64,000 nucleotides of DNA from assembly GCF_001194135.2 (NCBI RefSeq), contig NC_068981.1, positions 120,035,841 through 120,099,840 on the forward strand, written 5' to 3'. A program made the translations under genes and the position numbers. The notes beneath the pieces were generated by a model. The model had not been told where the DNA came from. It worked only from the letters and a program-made list of their open reading frames with translations, and ran no database searches. Position 1 is the stretch's first letter; the number at the start of each line of letters is the position of its first letter. This stretch comes from Octopus bimaculoides (Eukaryota). This document shows positions 39,922 to 54,825 of this stretch, piece by piece.

Positions 39922-40439
39922 TACACACACACACACTGTAGCTTATGAAAACTTAGGTAAAATTACATCATTGCAATTACTGTTGTAAAACAGCTTGTGT
40001 ATAGTATAGGAACCTCCAAGCCACACTGCCCAACTATAAGCTTCATATGTAATCATCTCTTGAATTGAAAGCTTCTTCTAGACAGCAGCATTGCAGTATG
40101 TGCTGAATGGGCTTTGTCTGTCAACTCTCATGTATGTTTCTGGTACATGTTAATATCTGTTGGAGAAAACTGTATGAGGAGCTAATATCGCATTTTAACA
40201 AAATAAATCAAACACAATACACTGAAATTAAATATTAGCTACATTAATGATACCAATCTAGGAAGGAAACAATGAGAAGACTCTTCAAAAATCACCTAAA
40301 AAAAAAAATCTACACGACTGTACTTTAAAATATTTCAACTGGCATCTTGCTCATGTATGATTTCCCCCACTTCTCTTTCACCCACTTTAGCATTCTCAAA
40401 TCATGGAATATAGTCACAGGTTGCACAATTCTTACTGAC

Positions 40440-40513
40440 AAAATACAGTCACACATATGCACAAATACATGCATACACACACAAATATTTATATATATGT
40501 GTGTATATATACA

Positions 40514-40563
<50 letters not shown>

Positions 40564-40566
40564 TGC

Positions 40567-40611
<45 letters not shown>

Positions 40612-40880
40612 TGTATACCTGCATATACACACACACATACATGTATACCTGCATATACACACACATACATGTATACCTGCATATACACACACACATATAT
40701 ATATATAAATATTTAGATAAATGTGTATATACATATATTTGTATGTGTGTGTGTGTGTGTGAGTGCGTGCACACACACATTTAGATAAGTAAATAGACAT
40801 GTATATAAGTATATATATACATAGAAATATAAACATGCATATACAACAGCAAGTATGAACACAGATATTTCAATATATAC
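40440..40880. repeat. (CA)/(TA) low-complexity block with a ~30-nt minisatellite (atgtatacctgcatatacacacacacatac x3)
   Basis: Direct reading. Confidence 0.9.
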
Positions 40881-41419
40881 ATATAACCTTATTTTACATT
40901 TCACATGACATTTCAGCTGAAAAACTAGTCTTATGAACTAATCAATATCTTACTACATTGATCAATGAGCAAACGACAACTATTAATCCACTGGGCTTTG
41001 GGAAACAGTCTATTGTAGATAATGTATAATTTTTACTGTACTATTGCAGCAGTCTGAAAATTTTCCACCAAAACTCAGTTTGCCAAATTTAGGGAAAGCA
41101 TCTGTGCTTCCTAGATATATCATGGACAAGTTCCATGCACAATGCATAGCTAAATAGAGGAATGATATGTATTGTTCTCCTGCTAACTATGACCATCCTT
41201 TAAATTCAAGGTTAACAAGTACCTTACTTAATGTTGGCAGGCTCTCTTCATTTTAATATATATATATTTCTTCTTTTATTAATATCTCCTGTGTTTTAGC
41301 TTCTTTGTTGTCATCTCATTTACTGCATTTCATTTCATTATAATTCATTTATTACTTTCTCATGATATTTTATTCAAATTTCTTTTTTTGTCAATTTTAT
41401 TGTCATCTTATGTATGTAT

Positions 41420-41602
41420 AAAGGGAGAATTCACAAAAAAACAAAAGACGAAGATAGGTGGTGTAGAAAACAAACAGATGTATTAGTATAATGCTCAGGA
41501 AATGAAAAAGTCTTTAACGTTTCGAGCCTATGCTCTTCCACAGAAAGGAACACGGAAAGAAACAAAGAGAGAAAAAAGAATGTGTAGTGGCTAGCGATCT
41601 AG
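41420..41602 (-). mobile_element. Second Penelope-like fragment, opposite orientation
   Basis: Reverse-complement match to about 27770-27950. Confidence 0.55.
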
Positions 41603-42039
41603 AGGGGGGGGGTTATAGAGAAAGAGAGAGAGGGGGGAGGGAGGCACACACAGAGATTTGTGCTATTAATGCCATTCACTCCTTTTCTCCAATCCTTTGC
41701 TGATAAGTGGTTTATGACCCTTGCTTTCAGTGATTTTAATATACAAAAATAATCGTTAAAAAAACAAAAAACTGCAACTTAATTTTTAGATCACACACAC
41801 ATGTGCACAGACACAAGTGAACAAATGCAGCATTCGCATTTATGTAGATACACCTCAACATTAATCTTAACATGTTTCAATGAACCTTTGATTTTTTAAT
41901 TAAATACTGAAATAATAACTGTATTTCTATTTCCATACAAATGTCCGTGATGCTGATTTATACTCATTTCACTTTTACAAACAAATGAATAATGCTTTCT
42001 AATTTTAGTTCCAGGGCAGCATTTTTTTTTTTTTTTTTT

Positions 42040-42220
42040 TGGTGGTGGTAGTGATGGTTCAATACATTGGTACCAGTGCTCAACTGGTACTTTTTTCATG
42101 GACCCTGAAAGGATAAAAGGCAAAGTTGCCCTCAGTGGAATTTTAATCCAGAAGGTAAGGAACCAGAAGAAATGCCATTAAGCATTTTGTCTAGCATGCT
42201 AAGGATTCTGCCAGCTCATC
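42040..42220 (-). mobile_element. Family B SINE
   Basis: Consensus motifs. Confidence 0.75.
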
Positions 42221-44919
42221 ATGTTCAAACAAATGAATAATAAAATAAAAATGCTCTAGTAATGAGAATTTCAAACAAATGAAAAAAGTATTCTGTACAT
42301 GTAGCAGATAGAATTTTTGGACAACTTCGATCACCACCATGGTCATATGTATCATTTGCTCTACACCAAACTATTTTTATATAATGCATCAGTTACTCTA
42401 TGAAATAAACAACTGCAGAGCAATTTCTTATCAAACGCTGTAAGTGAATGCTAATCAATTAGAAAATTCTTCGGAAAAGAGAACATTACTTCATTTCATT
42501 ACCACAGTACACTAACCCCCACCCCACTGGTGAGCTTTTAAATTGTCTGCATGATATTCCATAATAAATTCCTTTGCAGAATACTAAATGTGGAGCCTTG
42601 GCAAATGAATGCTTGTCCACTCCTGTACCTCGTACAGAAGCTGTGTGTATAAATAGATAAAGAAACATTTGGTAGATATCAGGTAAGTTATTTTCCTGTA
42701 AAGGGGTTAGGCAGAGTAAGGGAACAAAATACTAGATGTGGACTCTGTAACCAAGATGATATCAGATATGATTTATCTCTGTATTGCAGTAAAAAAAAGT
42801 CAATCAGTGATTTCTGGAAGTTGGGCAATTAAGAATCCCATAAGAAAGAAGACAAATACAAAAAGGCAACTGGTTGTATTCAAAAGCTATTTCTCTCTCT
42901 CTCTCTGTTTTTTTTTTTTTTTGTCCTCCAATACTACTGAATGAAATCAAAAGAAAACTACATTATTTAACAGCAAAATAATGATAATAATGACTAAGAC
43001 ATCTTAAAGATATAGGATTGAACTTGCTTGCTAAGAATAGCAGCATAATAAATTGTACGCTTTATGTAAATATATAGGAAAGGTCAGACAGTAGCAAGGA
43101 TGTAATACTGCCAGCATAAAAAGAAAATGTACAAAAACTGATGGTGATACAAACTAAATTGGCCAAAAGATAGTACGTATCAAGGTAGTTCAGTAGAAAA
43201 CTTTCTGTTTACAACAAAAATGTTCTGGTAATCTATGAGCAAAAATAAAAGAAACAATGCTTTCAAAAAGTGTGCATACACGCAATATATCTTATTATCC
43301 AGCCAAACTTGTTACAAAATTTCAATTTCTAAATTAAAACCAGTTAGGTTGGTTTTTACTTGAAATATAAAGGTGAACATTTCTGACCAGGTGAACTCCC
43401 ACTTCCATAACTAATGAGTTCACTCACTTGACAAAATCATAAAAACAGAAGGGGGTAATGGGGGAGGGGGAGACAAACAGTGAAATACATATCACATTAC
43501 ATAACTATTTCAAATAAAAGGTACATAACATTCCAATAAATGACAATCACATAGGGAAACATCAGGACACCCAACTAAACATAACTGCTTTCAACACAAA
43601 GGTTAGGGCTGCAAGTTTGCAAATGAAACTCAAGCTGAGACATTCAGTTTCAATAAACCCACCATTCTTACTAACCTATCATAAAATTTTTTCTCCTCCT
43701 TCTCTTTACACTTGAAGTGATAGTGGAAGACAATGAGGTTTTGTTTCAAATGGGAAAAAAACTGATTTGTCACACTTCTACTTTTACTACCAGACAAAAA
43801 AACTGTTCAATATATTCTATCAAAGCAAGGTGAAGAAACAATCCTTAGGATGGACCTGCTGGACAACTTGATTCTTCCCACACAATGCAATAACTATTTG
43901 ACATAAACTTGTAGGCAGCTGCTGAGTCGTGGGCGCTGTATGTATGTAGAACAATTTCATCAGGCCATATTATTTCAGACAAGTTTTGTTGTTCTAACAC
44001 CTGTTGTTCTCTTGTAGTGCCTTTCTGCAGTATTGCCAGTTTTGGAAGTTATTCTTGTACCCTCCAAAAGAGTCTGCACAATGTATAATTGTTAACATCA
44101 TTCTCTCTATTAACTCTTTAAACAAAGCAAAAATCATTGCCCACCAACTATCTAACAAATCAGAGAAGCCCAATGATATTTCAGATGTCAGGTTCCCATG
44201 CTTGATTCAAGATTGCAGTTGTGAAGGATACAAACTGAAGGAAAAATAACAGCAAATTCTAACACTGACAAAGTGCCATAAATTTGTATATGGAATAGTA
44301 GGGAAGAACTTTCAAGTAATTTGAAAATATTAATAACTCAAGAAGAACGAAAGGCAAAAACTTAACTGTGACAAATTTTGAACACAGAACACAATGCACT
44401 CTGTTCAATGTTATCAACTTTTACAAAGAAGCAGCCAATTTGCAGAGTTGTCTGAGTATTAGATAGATTGCTCTGTGATAATTGTTCCAACTCTCTACAT
44501 TCTGAGCTGAAATCATACCAAGGTCAACCTAACATTTCATTCTTACAGAGTTAATAAAATACCAATCATGCATTGAGTGCTGATTCACCTTTTATCTCAC
44601 TCTTTTTCTTTGTCCCTTACTCTTCAGAACAAAGCTGGCAGTTGTTAAATCTGAGCTCCACTAAATCTAAAAAATCTAAGACACTGTGTGTCATAAAGGC
44701 ACCCCTATAATTTCATCATAGATTTGAGAGCTCAAGGTAAAGCAGGATAATTTTTACATCCTACACATGATAATACTATTTCTAACATTGGCACAAAATT
44801 GCATATTTTGGGAGTATAGATCTGATTTAATCAAATGAATGTTACATATTGAACTAGAACAGAAGAATACTAATTTAACCTCCCCACTGTAGGATTTGGA
44901 ATATAAATGGAGATAACTT

Positions 44920-45110
44920 TATAGGGCTAGCAATTTCAGGGGAAGAGGTAAGTTGATTACATCAACCCTAGTGCTCACCTAGTACTTATTTTATTGACAC
45001 TGTAAGGATGAAAAGAATGGCAGAATTTGAACTCAGAAGATAAAAGATGGACAAAATGCTACAAAGCATTTTGCCTGGATATGCTAATGATTCTGCCAGT
45101 TCAGTGCCTT
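44920..45110 (-). mobile_element. Family B SINE
   Basis: Consensus motifs. Confidence 0.8.
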
Positions 45111-45994
45111 AAGATAACTACATATTGCAAGATAATTCAGTTTGGGGGTTCTGCCATGATCTACATAATAACTACTATTAATAATAATTATGCCCATTAA
45201 GCAGAAAACTTGAGAATTGAAACTATGCCCATATAATTGTAATTATATTGATCAAGCTGGAGTTAACACACATCAATAAATTGTGTGTGTGTGTGTGTAC
45301 ATATACATGGTTTAGCTGGTCAAAACTTCGAAGTCACAGTCAACAACATTCTTGTTTAAGATATAACTTACTTGTGAATAATTTGGCAAACTTAATACAA
45401 AATATCAGGATCATAATTGGTGGGAGAATTATATGAGTGTAAAAAGGGGGGTGGGCTAAAATATACATCATTTTCTTCTAGGTACAAAAGGTAGGAGTCA
45501 CATTACATCTGAGATTACATTATATGAGTAAATACAGTGTGTATGTATATATCATCTATTAAATAGCTTCAACTTCAGCAGGAAAATTGCTTGAACTGAA
45601 TAATTTAAAGTGTGAATCATTGATTTTATACATTGAGGCAGACAGCAAAACATATGCACACACACACACATACATAATACACTTTTTAAAAAAAAATTTG
45701 CATACTTAAATGTAGTAGCAATGTTTTTATTTATTCTTATTTCATATCTTTGCAGTAATGGCATAAAGTCAAAGAGAAAATACAAATAAGATGAGAGAGA
45801 AAGTACATTTTAATCAGATTTAATGCAATAATCTTTCAAGCCTAAATACAAATATACATAAATGGATGCTAAGTAACCCATTATCTAATTAATCAAAAAT
45901 ATAAGCTCTAACAGTTTTTTCTACTGCCACTGTCATAAAGTATTTGTTAGAGTTCTTTCCTTGTGATACTAGACATCAAATTAATGCATCGTCA

Positions 45995-46182
45995 ATACTG
46001 GTTTCAAATTTTGGCACAAGGCCAGCAGTTTTGAGGGAGGGTGTAAGTTGATGACATCGACCCCAATACTCAATTGGTACTTATTTTATCTATCCTGAAA
46101 GGATGAAAGGCAAAGCAAAGTCGGAAGAAATGCTGCTAAACACTTTTTGGTGCAGTAACAATTTTGTCAGCTTGCCACCTTA
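45995..46182 (-). mobile_element. Family B SINE with internal deletion
   Basis: Consensus motifs. Confidence 0.8.
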
Positions 46183-47039
46183 TTTTCAAGGAACAATATT
46201 GCTTCTGTAACAGTGGAACACAAATGGTGAACTGCAGTGTACCTGGGTGCACACTGATGTACTTCAAGGGGTATCTAAAGATGCCATAAATTTTTAAACA
46301 CATGTAACTTAAGACTTTAGAATATCTACACGATTTGAGTGTCTTACACAATAGTTTTCTACATTATTTTCTAAATATTAAATTTCTAAACAGTTTTTTT
46401 AAAACTTTTTTTGTGAAGTGCACAAGTAACTTTTTATTTGATTTCCAGTCTGCCATGAAGTCAAAAAGATTGACTATATAATTAGAAACTAAACTTTCTC
46501 AAATCACACCCTACTTCCTTGAAAAACGAAGACATTGGATAATGTAGTCCTAGATACATTATGCATCAAAATCAGATGGTCATGTCAGGAACATCTTTGA
46601 TCATATGTTGACTTGATCAGGACTGACTCAGATTTAAAGAACAATTCTATACCCCTTAACTGTTTTGTTGTTTCTCCATGCAAATGAATTTTATGTATTC
46701 AGTTTAGAAAGAGGTCCACACAGAATGTGAATAATCACTAGCAATATATGTTTTTGCATAATTAAAAAGAAAATAGAATGAGCTGTGGGAAATAACTTAA
46801 AAAGGCCAAGCATATGAATGTGAATGATTTCTTATAGTATAACACACTAGTTTCATTTTTTTGAACATCGTTGTTTCATGGCTGTGGTAAGTTGGCACTA
46901 CAGCCAACTTGTTTATTATAGGAGGTATTTTAAAATGGGAAGGTGAAATAGAATCCAATTGTTAAAACTGTTGCTGCTTTTGTTTAAGACGATATAACTA
47001 GCACTGCTGATTATGACAACAAGGGTTCCAGTTTATCTG

Positions 47040-47305
47040 ATCAATAGAACAGCCTGCTCATGAAATGAACATGCAAGTGGCTGAGCACTCCACAGACATG
47101 CACACCTTTCATGTAGTTCTCGGGGAGATTCAACATGTGGACAAGGAATGTGACAAGGGACAACTCATTTTTACCAGCTGAGTGGACTGGAGCAACATGA
47201 AGTAAGGTATCTTGCTCAAGGACACAATGCACCACCAGGAATCGAACTCATGACCTTACGATCATGAGCTAAATATCCTAACCATTTAACCATGTGCCTT
47301 CACTT
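47040..47305 (-). mobile_element. tRNA-head SINE, family C (tgtgtccttgagcaaga core)
   Basis: tRNA-like head (ggttaaatggtt...gagttcgattcc); related copies at 6538-6722, 22905-23040 and 57160-57325 on +. Confidence 0.7.
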
Positions 47306-50300
47306 AAGATGATATATAAATGAAGGTAATGTTGCAGTGCAACATACATTTCCACTTTCACCTGGGTAATTTTCCAATTTAGCTTTCAATTTCTCAAGGG
47401 ACACTAGTTCTCAATTATCTTTGCTGGTCATTGTTGTATCTATTTACTACTACATGTACCTGATCATCATATATATGCAAATTCTCCTGGAAAACTTAAC
47501 CTTGTTTTTATACAATTGTAACTAATAACCTGACTGCTAGCAAGACAATTTTGCATTAAAGTTCAGAGCTTATTTACACATCGTACATTACTGACTGGTG
47601 CATTTTGTTAAGACACCCAATATTCTGCACAGAGGTGCAATTTGCCACAAAAGGGATCATAAGGAAAAAAATGTCAAGATAATTGCAAATTAACAAAATG
47701 TGCCCAGGTTGTGAATAAAAATTGTTGACAATGTTATAAAATGGTTTCACTAATTCTTTTTGTCTGCCTGTAAAAGCCAATTATTAGTAAAGTAGTTGCT
47801 TGATGAGATATATTTTTAGAATAGAGATAATGTTTCAGTGAAAACTGAAAAATGGACAAGACAAAGACAGTTACATATTGGAAATGAATTGATCACATAC
47901 TTTTGATCACAATAGTGAGAACCACAGTAAGAAATTTGTTAATTTTACTGTCATGCACACAAAAAAAATAATGAGTCCTTTTGGTAATATGCGAAAAAAA
48001 GAAAAGAAAAAAAAAAGAAAGAATGAAGGAGAATGGTGTATCTAGACAAATTTTCAACAATGACTTGAAAGAATTTGAGTGAAATATTAAAATGTTGGTG
48101 GTCGAAAATTTGCTATTCGGAAGTAATGTTCAGAAATAATTTACTTCATGGATTTCCTTTTCCTTGATATAAAATTACTTCGATTTCCTGTAAATATTAT
48201 GGTCGATAGCTGACCTTAATTTTCTTTCATTTGTTTAAAATATTTATTGTAAGATATCTTTCATTTGCAATACTGTCGATGGAGCTAAGTTAGTTTGCGA
48301 AATGGAAAATGAGGCTTCAGGTTGTGTAAATAATTTGTTTTGTTTTACTTTAATTAAAAAAAAAAAATGGCAAATCACTTATTTGAACTCGTTTCGTCTC
48401 ACATAAGGGATCCCAAGTGTCATTCCCCACCACCACCACCACCACACATACACACAAACACTACCATGACAAACAAGCTGACCACAATACAGTTTTAGAC
48501 AAAATCTTATGCAGTGGCCAGACAAGCTGATTAACAGCTTAAATTTGCGAAAACGTCACGTTATACTCAAACATCAAATATTTTGTATTTGTGCTTTACT
48601 ATGTATGATGCCTACACTTTTTAACAAATGTTAACGCTACGATTATAATGGAGGTCTGTACATATATCATCTATATTTTACAAATTATATATTTGCATCG
48701 CTTTACATTCTGAGTTCAAATCCCATCGAGGTTGAGAAAATGGCAAAGGCTGGAGTTGATATAACCGACTAAATCCCATTCACAAAAAATCTGTAGCCCT
48801 GTGCTCAGGTTAGAAATCCCTATTAACCCACTGTGTTCGCTTAACGTATTAGAAAAAGTAGAAGGTAAACCTCCTTCGAATCGCACCCTATTCTGGGGAA
48901 CAAATTGAATAATAGTCTTATAAAGGCTTATGAAAGAAGAAGAAAAAAAAAGATGAGACGGTCACAAATCTAGAATGCCGTCGACTATGGGTCTGCTCGA
49001 AATTGATTCGGAAGCACTACGTTAAGTCTTTTCAGTCATTTTACTTATGGATAAGGACATGAAACGATATTTTGGCAGACAAAAGGAAAAGAAAAAAAAT
49101 AAACGAAAGTCAATTAACTAGTTTTAATGAAATTTAAAGGGGAAAATTTCCAAGTAAAATAAATATATCAACGTTAGTATCACTGTTCAAGAAGTCTGAT
49201 TTGAGGGTACCAAAACATTTTCCAATAACTTTTGGTTATTAAAAAGAAAGATTTGTTTATTATGCACGAATACTGAAACTAAACTAACTGAAAACACTTC
49301 GATCAGAGAATGTTCTATGATCGACTGGTACTTTAAAATGGCTGCCACATATATTCACGTCCAACTACTTCCAGATCAGCATCACTAAGATCAGCATCAC
49401 TAAGTTCATCATTATTACAACAAATATTAGAGGTAGAGCTATATATTTTCATGGTACATTTAACGACAATTTCTCTATCGACAACTCCTTAACGAAAGAA
49501 ATGAGAGAAAATTTCATCACCTCTAAACTGAATTTTCCGACTAAATAATTAATATATAATTAGAGTGTAGTAACAAATTCAGTAACATTAAATTAGTGTT
49601 GTCCATGATAAATTATCGCATTAACAAATTTGAAAGAAAATCCCATTGCAAAGGCTGTTAGTTAAAGTAAATATAATACACAAAAATAAGTGAATATTTT
49701 GTTCAAGATTCTCTTTTCTGTATGTACAACTAAATAAGATAATGTGTAAGAACATTTCCTTAAAACTAATTTAATTTTTAATTATCTTTTAATTAAAAAC
49801 TCACAGACCTCGGTCATTAAACCGTATTTTCTAATAAAAAAATATTCAATGTCATAAAAAAAATGTTATGACTCAGACATGATAATTACTCAACCATTGA
49901 AACAAAACAGCAGTATGAATGGTAATATTATTAAGTCGCAAAATCTAACCATAGAAGGCTGGCAACAAGCCCGATACATAAATACTACTTGATAATAATA
50001 AAAATAACAATAATAACTGTTAGAGGAAGGGGAAAAGAGATCAATAAATTTCAGCAGTCATAGTTGGAGTTGAATTCCTTTTTTCTTTCTTTCTTTCTGA
50101 AAGCTGATCTCATCTACTGTCTATAAGAACACTTGTAGCTACGTCTATGGATGAGTATTACTGCAGGGACAGTGTAAGATCGACTTTTAACACGATTACA
50201 ATAGCGTAATCAAACAAATGAACGAAAGGCATAGTCAAAAATAAACTATTGGTGTTTAACAGAAAAATTAGGTTGTCTCCATGAATTGCGCATGTCTCTA

Positions 50301-51309
50301 TTGTTATATCTTTGAATAATGCTACTCCGACTAGCAGCTCTTGACTTATAAGAGAGCTACGACTAAAAGAAAAATGTAGCAGTAGAGTGGATTTAGCTAT
50401 TCCAAAGATTCGCGTCATATTATTATTGTTACAAAAATAAAGTACAAAATTCAAATCTGATATATGATCTGATTATAATCATCAATATCTGTCCCTCATG
50501 TCAGAAATAATTTTATTATAATTATCAATTTGATATTATGCTGTCCCAAAAGATTCCGGCTTTCATGATAATGCGGAATATGGCAGCTACCATGCAGGTC
50601 GCTTGAGCACGATTATATAAATGCAAGTTATTTACTAGTCCGATTAAAAAATGTGCCTAGTATAAATTCAAAATAAACATTAAAGAGTAAATATCCTTGA
50701 AAACACATGAACTTTCATAATCTTCCCCTTACTCCTCCCATCTTGTATAAAATCATTTTGGACAATGTATCATAACAGTGCATTTTCGACGAATGAAATT
50801 TACTGGAAGCCTCTGTGTGGTTGTTCAACACGCTAGAGATAGTAGTCAAATTTCCCTGAAACGACGTCCTATCCTCTTTAAGAAGAGCACACGGCGGAAT
50901 GCCTTTCATAATAACAGGTCTTCTTGATTAGGGTTGATCTGGAGCTGAACAACAACTAAAACTGGGTTTTAATTCCCAGTTGAAAACACTGCTTTAACGA
51001 TGCTAATGCTCCTGGGAAAAGCATAAATGTCACGTTCACCTGTTTTCTCTCCCTAAAAATATAAGCGTCGTCTTGCCAGTAAGAATTCATCATTATAATC
51101 GTTATTGATAGAAGCAGACCTAAAGATCTCGTTTCATTATTATTGTCAGCCTTGCTTTGTCTTTCATTGTTCAGAGGTCAACAGATTGTTCTGAGTAATT
51201 ATAGATCGAGTCACTTTACTGAGATCGATGCACTCATATCTCCACCACTAAAGAAAATTGAACTTGTACTTTGACGAATGGAAATTAATAAATAATTATA
51301 ATTTCTAAC

Positions 51310-51495
51310 ATAGGCACAAGGCCAGATTTGTGGGGAGGAGGCACTTACATGATCAAATCGACCCTAGTACACAACTGGTACTTTACTGAAAGGGGAAGTT
51401 GACCTCGACAGGATTTGAACTCAGAGCGTAGTGTCGAGACAAACAATACAAAGCATTTTGCCCTGCTTTAACGATTCTGCCAATCCACAGCCTTA
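51310..51495 (-). mobile_element. Family B SINE
   Basis: Consensus motifs. Confidence 0.75.
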
Positions 51496-51673
51496 AATAA
51501 TTATAATATTGATGATAAATATTATCGTTATTGATATTATCTCAAGTACCCGTACCTTCTTAACATAAAATGTTGAACGCGTTAACTCGCATAAAAACGA
51601 CGAACAATGAGTTAAATTATTACCGATACAAATTGATAATTACATATGGCATATTTTCCATGTTAACACTAAG

Positions 51674-51715
<42 letters not shown>

Positions 51716-53084
51716 TATAATGTCCATATTTAAAGCAGAAATACTTCAGATCAAGCTCCAGATATATGACGTAACCTAGTTCGTAGGGAGGGGTCGATAT
51801 AGCATTCCATTCAGATAGCTCCTGTCTTTTTAAACATTCATTTACCAGGGGGGAAATGGATGAGCAACAGTTACTTAATGGTCATAGAATTTATAAGAAA
51901 GAACGTCGGTACACAATGGAATCTGAAAACTGATTTCTTTTTTCTTTTCTTTTACTCCCTCTCTTTTTCTCATTTAGATAAATGATGTGAACAAGGATGA
52001 ACATAGATCAGCAGCAGCAAAATAAACTTAATTACAGCAGTAGTAGTAGCCACAACAGCAGCAATGTCTGGTGACATTCATACTAATTAGCTACATAGAA
52101 TAGATGCACGGTAGGTAGTATGGTAGATATAGATAGATAGTAGTACAGTAGAATTTGTAAGCTTAGTAAGCTAGCGAGTAGAGAGGTTAACAAACGAGTA
52201 GTCGATGGAAGAGATCGTCTCCATCGTACAGTAGAAACCGTTAAAGCAATAGTCTGCAGTATATTTATATATGAAGGGGAAAAAAATTATGATGAAGCTT
52301 GGCAGTAGAAGTCTATAGCAAATGCATCGAAGTTTTTGCTGAAGGCAAAAATCGATAAAATCTAGCATATTTTTTCTCCTGTAAACTAAAGAGCGCTTAG
52401 GAGATATTACTGGCTTTTATATAATACACTCACGCATTTTATATGTGTGTGTTTGTGTAAAGAAAAATACAGAAATGTGTTTCATATTCCTGTCTACAGT
52501 AATAACGTAATAAAATATAATAGGTACTAATGAATAAAATCGTGTCATAAATGAAGGTAAAGGTATACATATATTAAATACGTCTTTCCTTCACCGTTTT
52601 TACTGTAGTATTTTTAATGAATGAATGTCCAAATTAACAAAGCGCACCCCACTCACAATACACTCCTAAAAATCGAAATTGCCAAAGTAGCAAGCTCTAT
52701 CTAGCTGCGTTGTAGACATCATCCACCTCAAAATGCAAAACGCCTTGACTGGGTGGATGCCGCTGCAACGGGTGAAAAGAGGGTGTGGAGGGAAGTAACA
52801 GGTTGATTCAGAGGAATGTATGAAAGGAATCCTTCGATAAAGCAATGGATAAACAAAGTGGGCAAAGAGAAAGATCTAGAATTTGAGAGTTCACATAATA
52901 TTAAACAACCACGCATAATACATCTATCCATTTACACACACATACGCATAATGCACAATACATATATTAATTCACACACACACAGACAGATATACATATC
53001 TCAGTGATTTTGTTTACAAATGGAGAAGTATGTACTTAGTACACAAGACCATTTTATTTTATTAGCCTTAAGTAGCGATTATTC

Positions 53085-53088
53085 AAAC

Positions 53089-53136
<48 letters not shown>

Positions 53137-53142
53137 CACACG

Positions 53143-53176
<34 letters not shown>

Positions 53177-53184
53177 CACACACG

Positions 53185-53236
<52 letters not shown>

Positions 53237-53443
53237 TACGTACATACACCACGCAGGCAATAACACAAGATTAATGGAATAAATTATGTTAAGAAGGCAA
53301 CCAACAAAATTCTAAGCAACCGTGAGAATGAAAATACTAGAATTTCTTTTGATAAGAAATCAAATTTCCCTATTTGTTTTTCTATACCTTTCTCTTCCAC
53401 TAACAAAAAAATCCAGGTGACATATAAATAGTATTTCAAAGAT

Positions 53444-53483
<40 letters not shown>

Positions 53484-53938
53484 TATATGTAATATATACA
53501 TGTATGTACGTATACTTGTATAAATATACATGTGCAGGTATATGTAAATATATATACACACAACTGTATAGAATATATACATACACGTGTATATACATAT
53601 ACATCCATGTACATATACATTTATACATACACGTATACACACATACATGCATATATGCGGACATATATATATCGATATATAATCGTGTATATATAATATA
53701 TATATATGAATAGATTTATGTATACATATATCGATTTATGCACGTATATGTACACACCACAGATTTCTATCTACATATGTACTCACACATATATGTATAA
53801 ATAAACGTCAACATTATACATATACAGATTGATGTAGTCAGATTTATGTGCGTGTATATATATATAGATTTACGTTATATATATATATATATTTCTGTGC
53901 GTACATAAACATCAATTTATGCGTATATACACATAGAT

Positions 53939-53973
<35 letters not shown>

Positions 53974-54234
53974 TCAACATTCACATCCCTATATACATTC
54001 CAACACACGCACACACACTACACAAACATCATACGCATACGTTCGAATATGCAGTATGTACGCATTCTTCACGTATTCATAGGCATATATGACCAAATAC
54101 TGACATACACACACATATATATATATATATATATAGACACATACACACGTATATATTATACACGCACAACTCAATCATATAGCTCTAATGTGTATATAAT
54201 AATGCTGCTTAATAGTGTAGAAGTAATGGCTACG

Positions 54235-54319
<85 letters not shown>

Positions 54320-54320
54320 G
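53085..54320. repeat. Long (CA)n/(TA)n low-complexity region at the start of intron 1, ending in ~85 nt of (TA)n 30 nt from the exon 1 donor
   Basis: Direct reading. Confidence 0.9.
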
Positions 54321-54351
54321 AGATTGAATGTGAAAGAAAATTGCTACTTAC

Positions 54352-54477
54352 GGCGATTGAAATAGAATCATCAGTGGGGAACTTGAGGATGAATTTACTG
54401 CCAGCCCTTTCCTCGGCATCGTTGAGGGGTCGGACACGGCATATGACTTTAATGTTGCACTCCGACGACGCATCCAT
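54352..54477 (-). CDS. Khc: Khc coding exon 1 (126 nt, aa 1-42, [10 protein letters not shown]...DDSISIA)
   Basis: ATG at 54477; donor GCC|GTAAGT at 54351; phase 0. Confidence 0.96.
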
Positions 54478-54825
54478 GGTTTCAGATGGTTGAATTCACT
54501 GAGTGATGATTTGAAGACTTATTGTTGTTGCTATTATTAGTAATTACTAGTCAGAAATTTTTGCCTCTCTCACAAACTCTTTATCACGATTCCTTTCCAA
54601 CTTAAGAAATAAGTAGAAAGGGTTAGACAGAAAAAAAAATAAACAGTGATCAAATTCTTTCTCGATATATATTTAGAAATATATATCTTGAAATATTATA
54701 ATCTCCCTGTCGTTTCTTAGCTCCAATCTTTCGATATTTTTCAAACGAATAAATCAGGTAAATTGATCCAAAGATGATTTTTTTTTTTTGCTTCAAAAAA
54801 AAAACAAAAAACAAACAAAACTTAC

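Noticed and set aside
40325-40904. Multiple overlapping YI/HT/CV-rich ORFs (also 53020-54321)
   Set aside because: Translations of (CA)n/(TA)n microsatellites.
44010-44236. Strong minus-strand acceptor (TTTTTCCTTCAG) suggesting a cassette exon in intron 1; plus-strand ORF 44004..44249
   Set aside because: Stops in all three frames, no good donor, and no recognisable protein.
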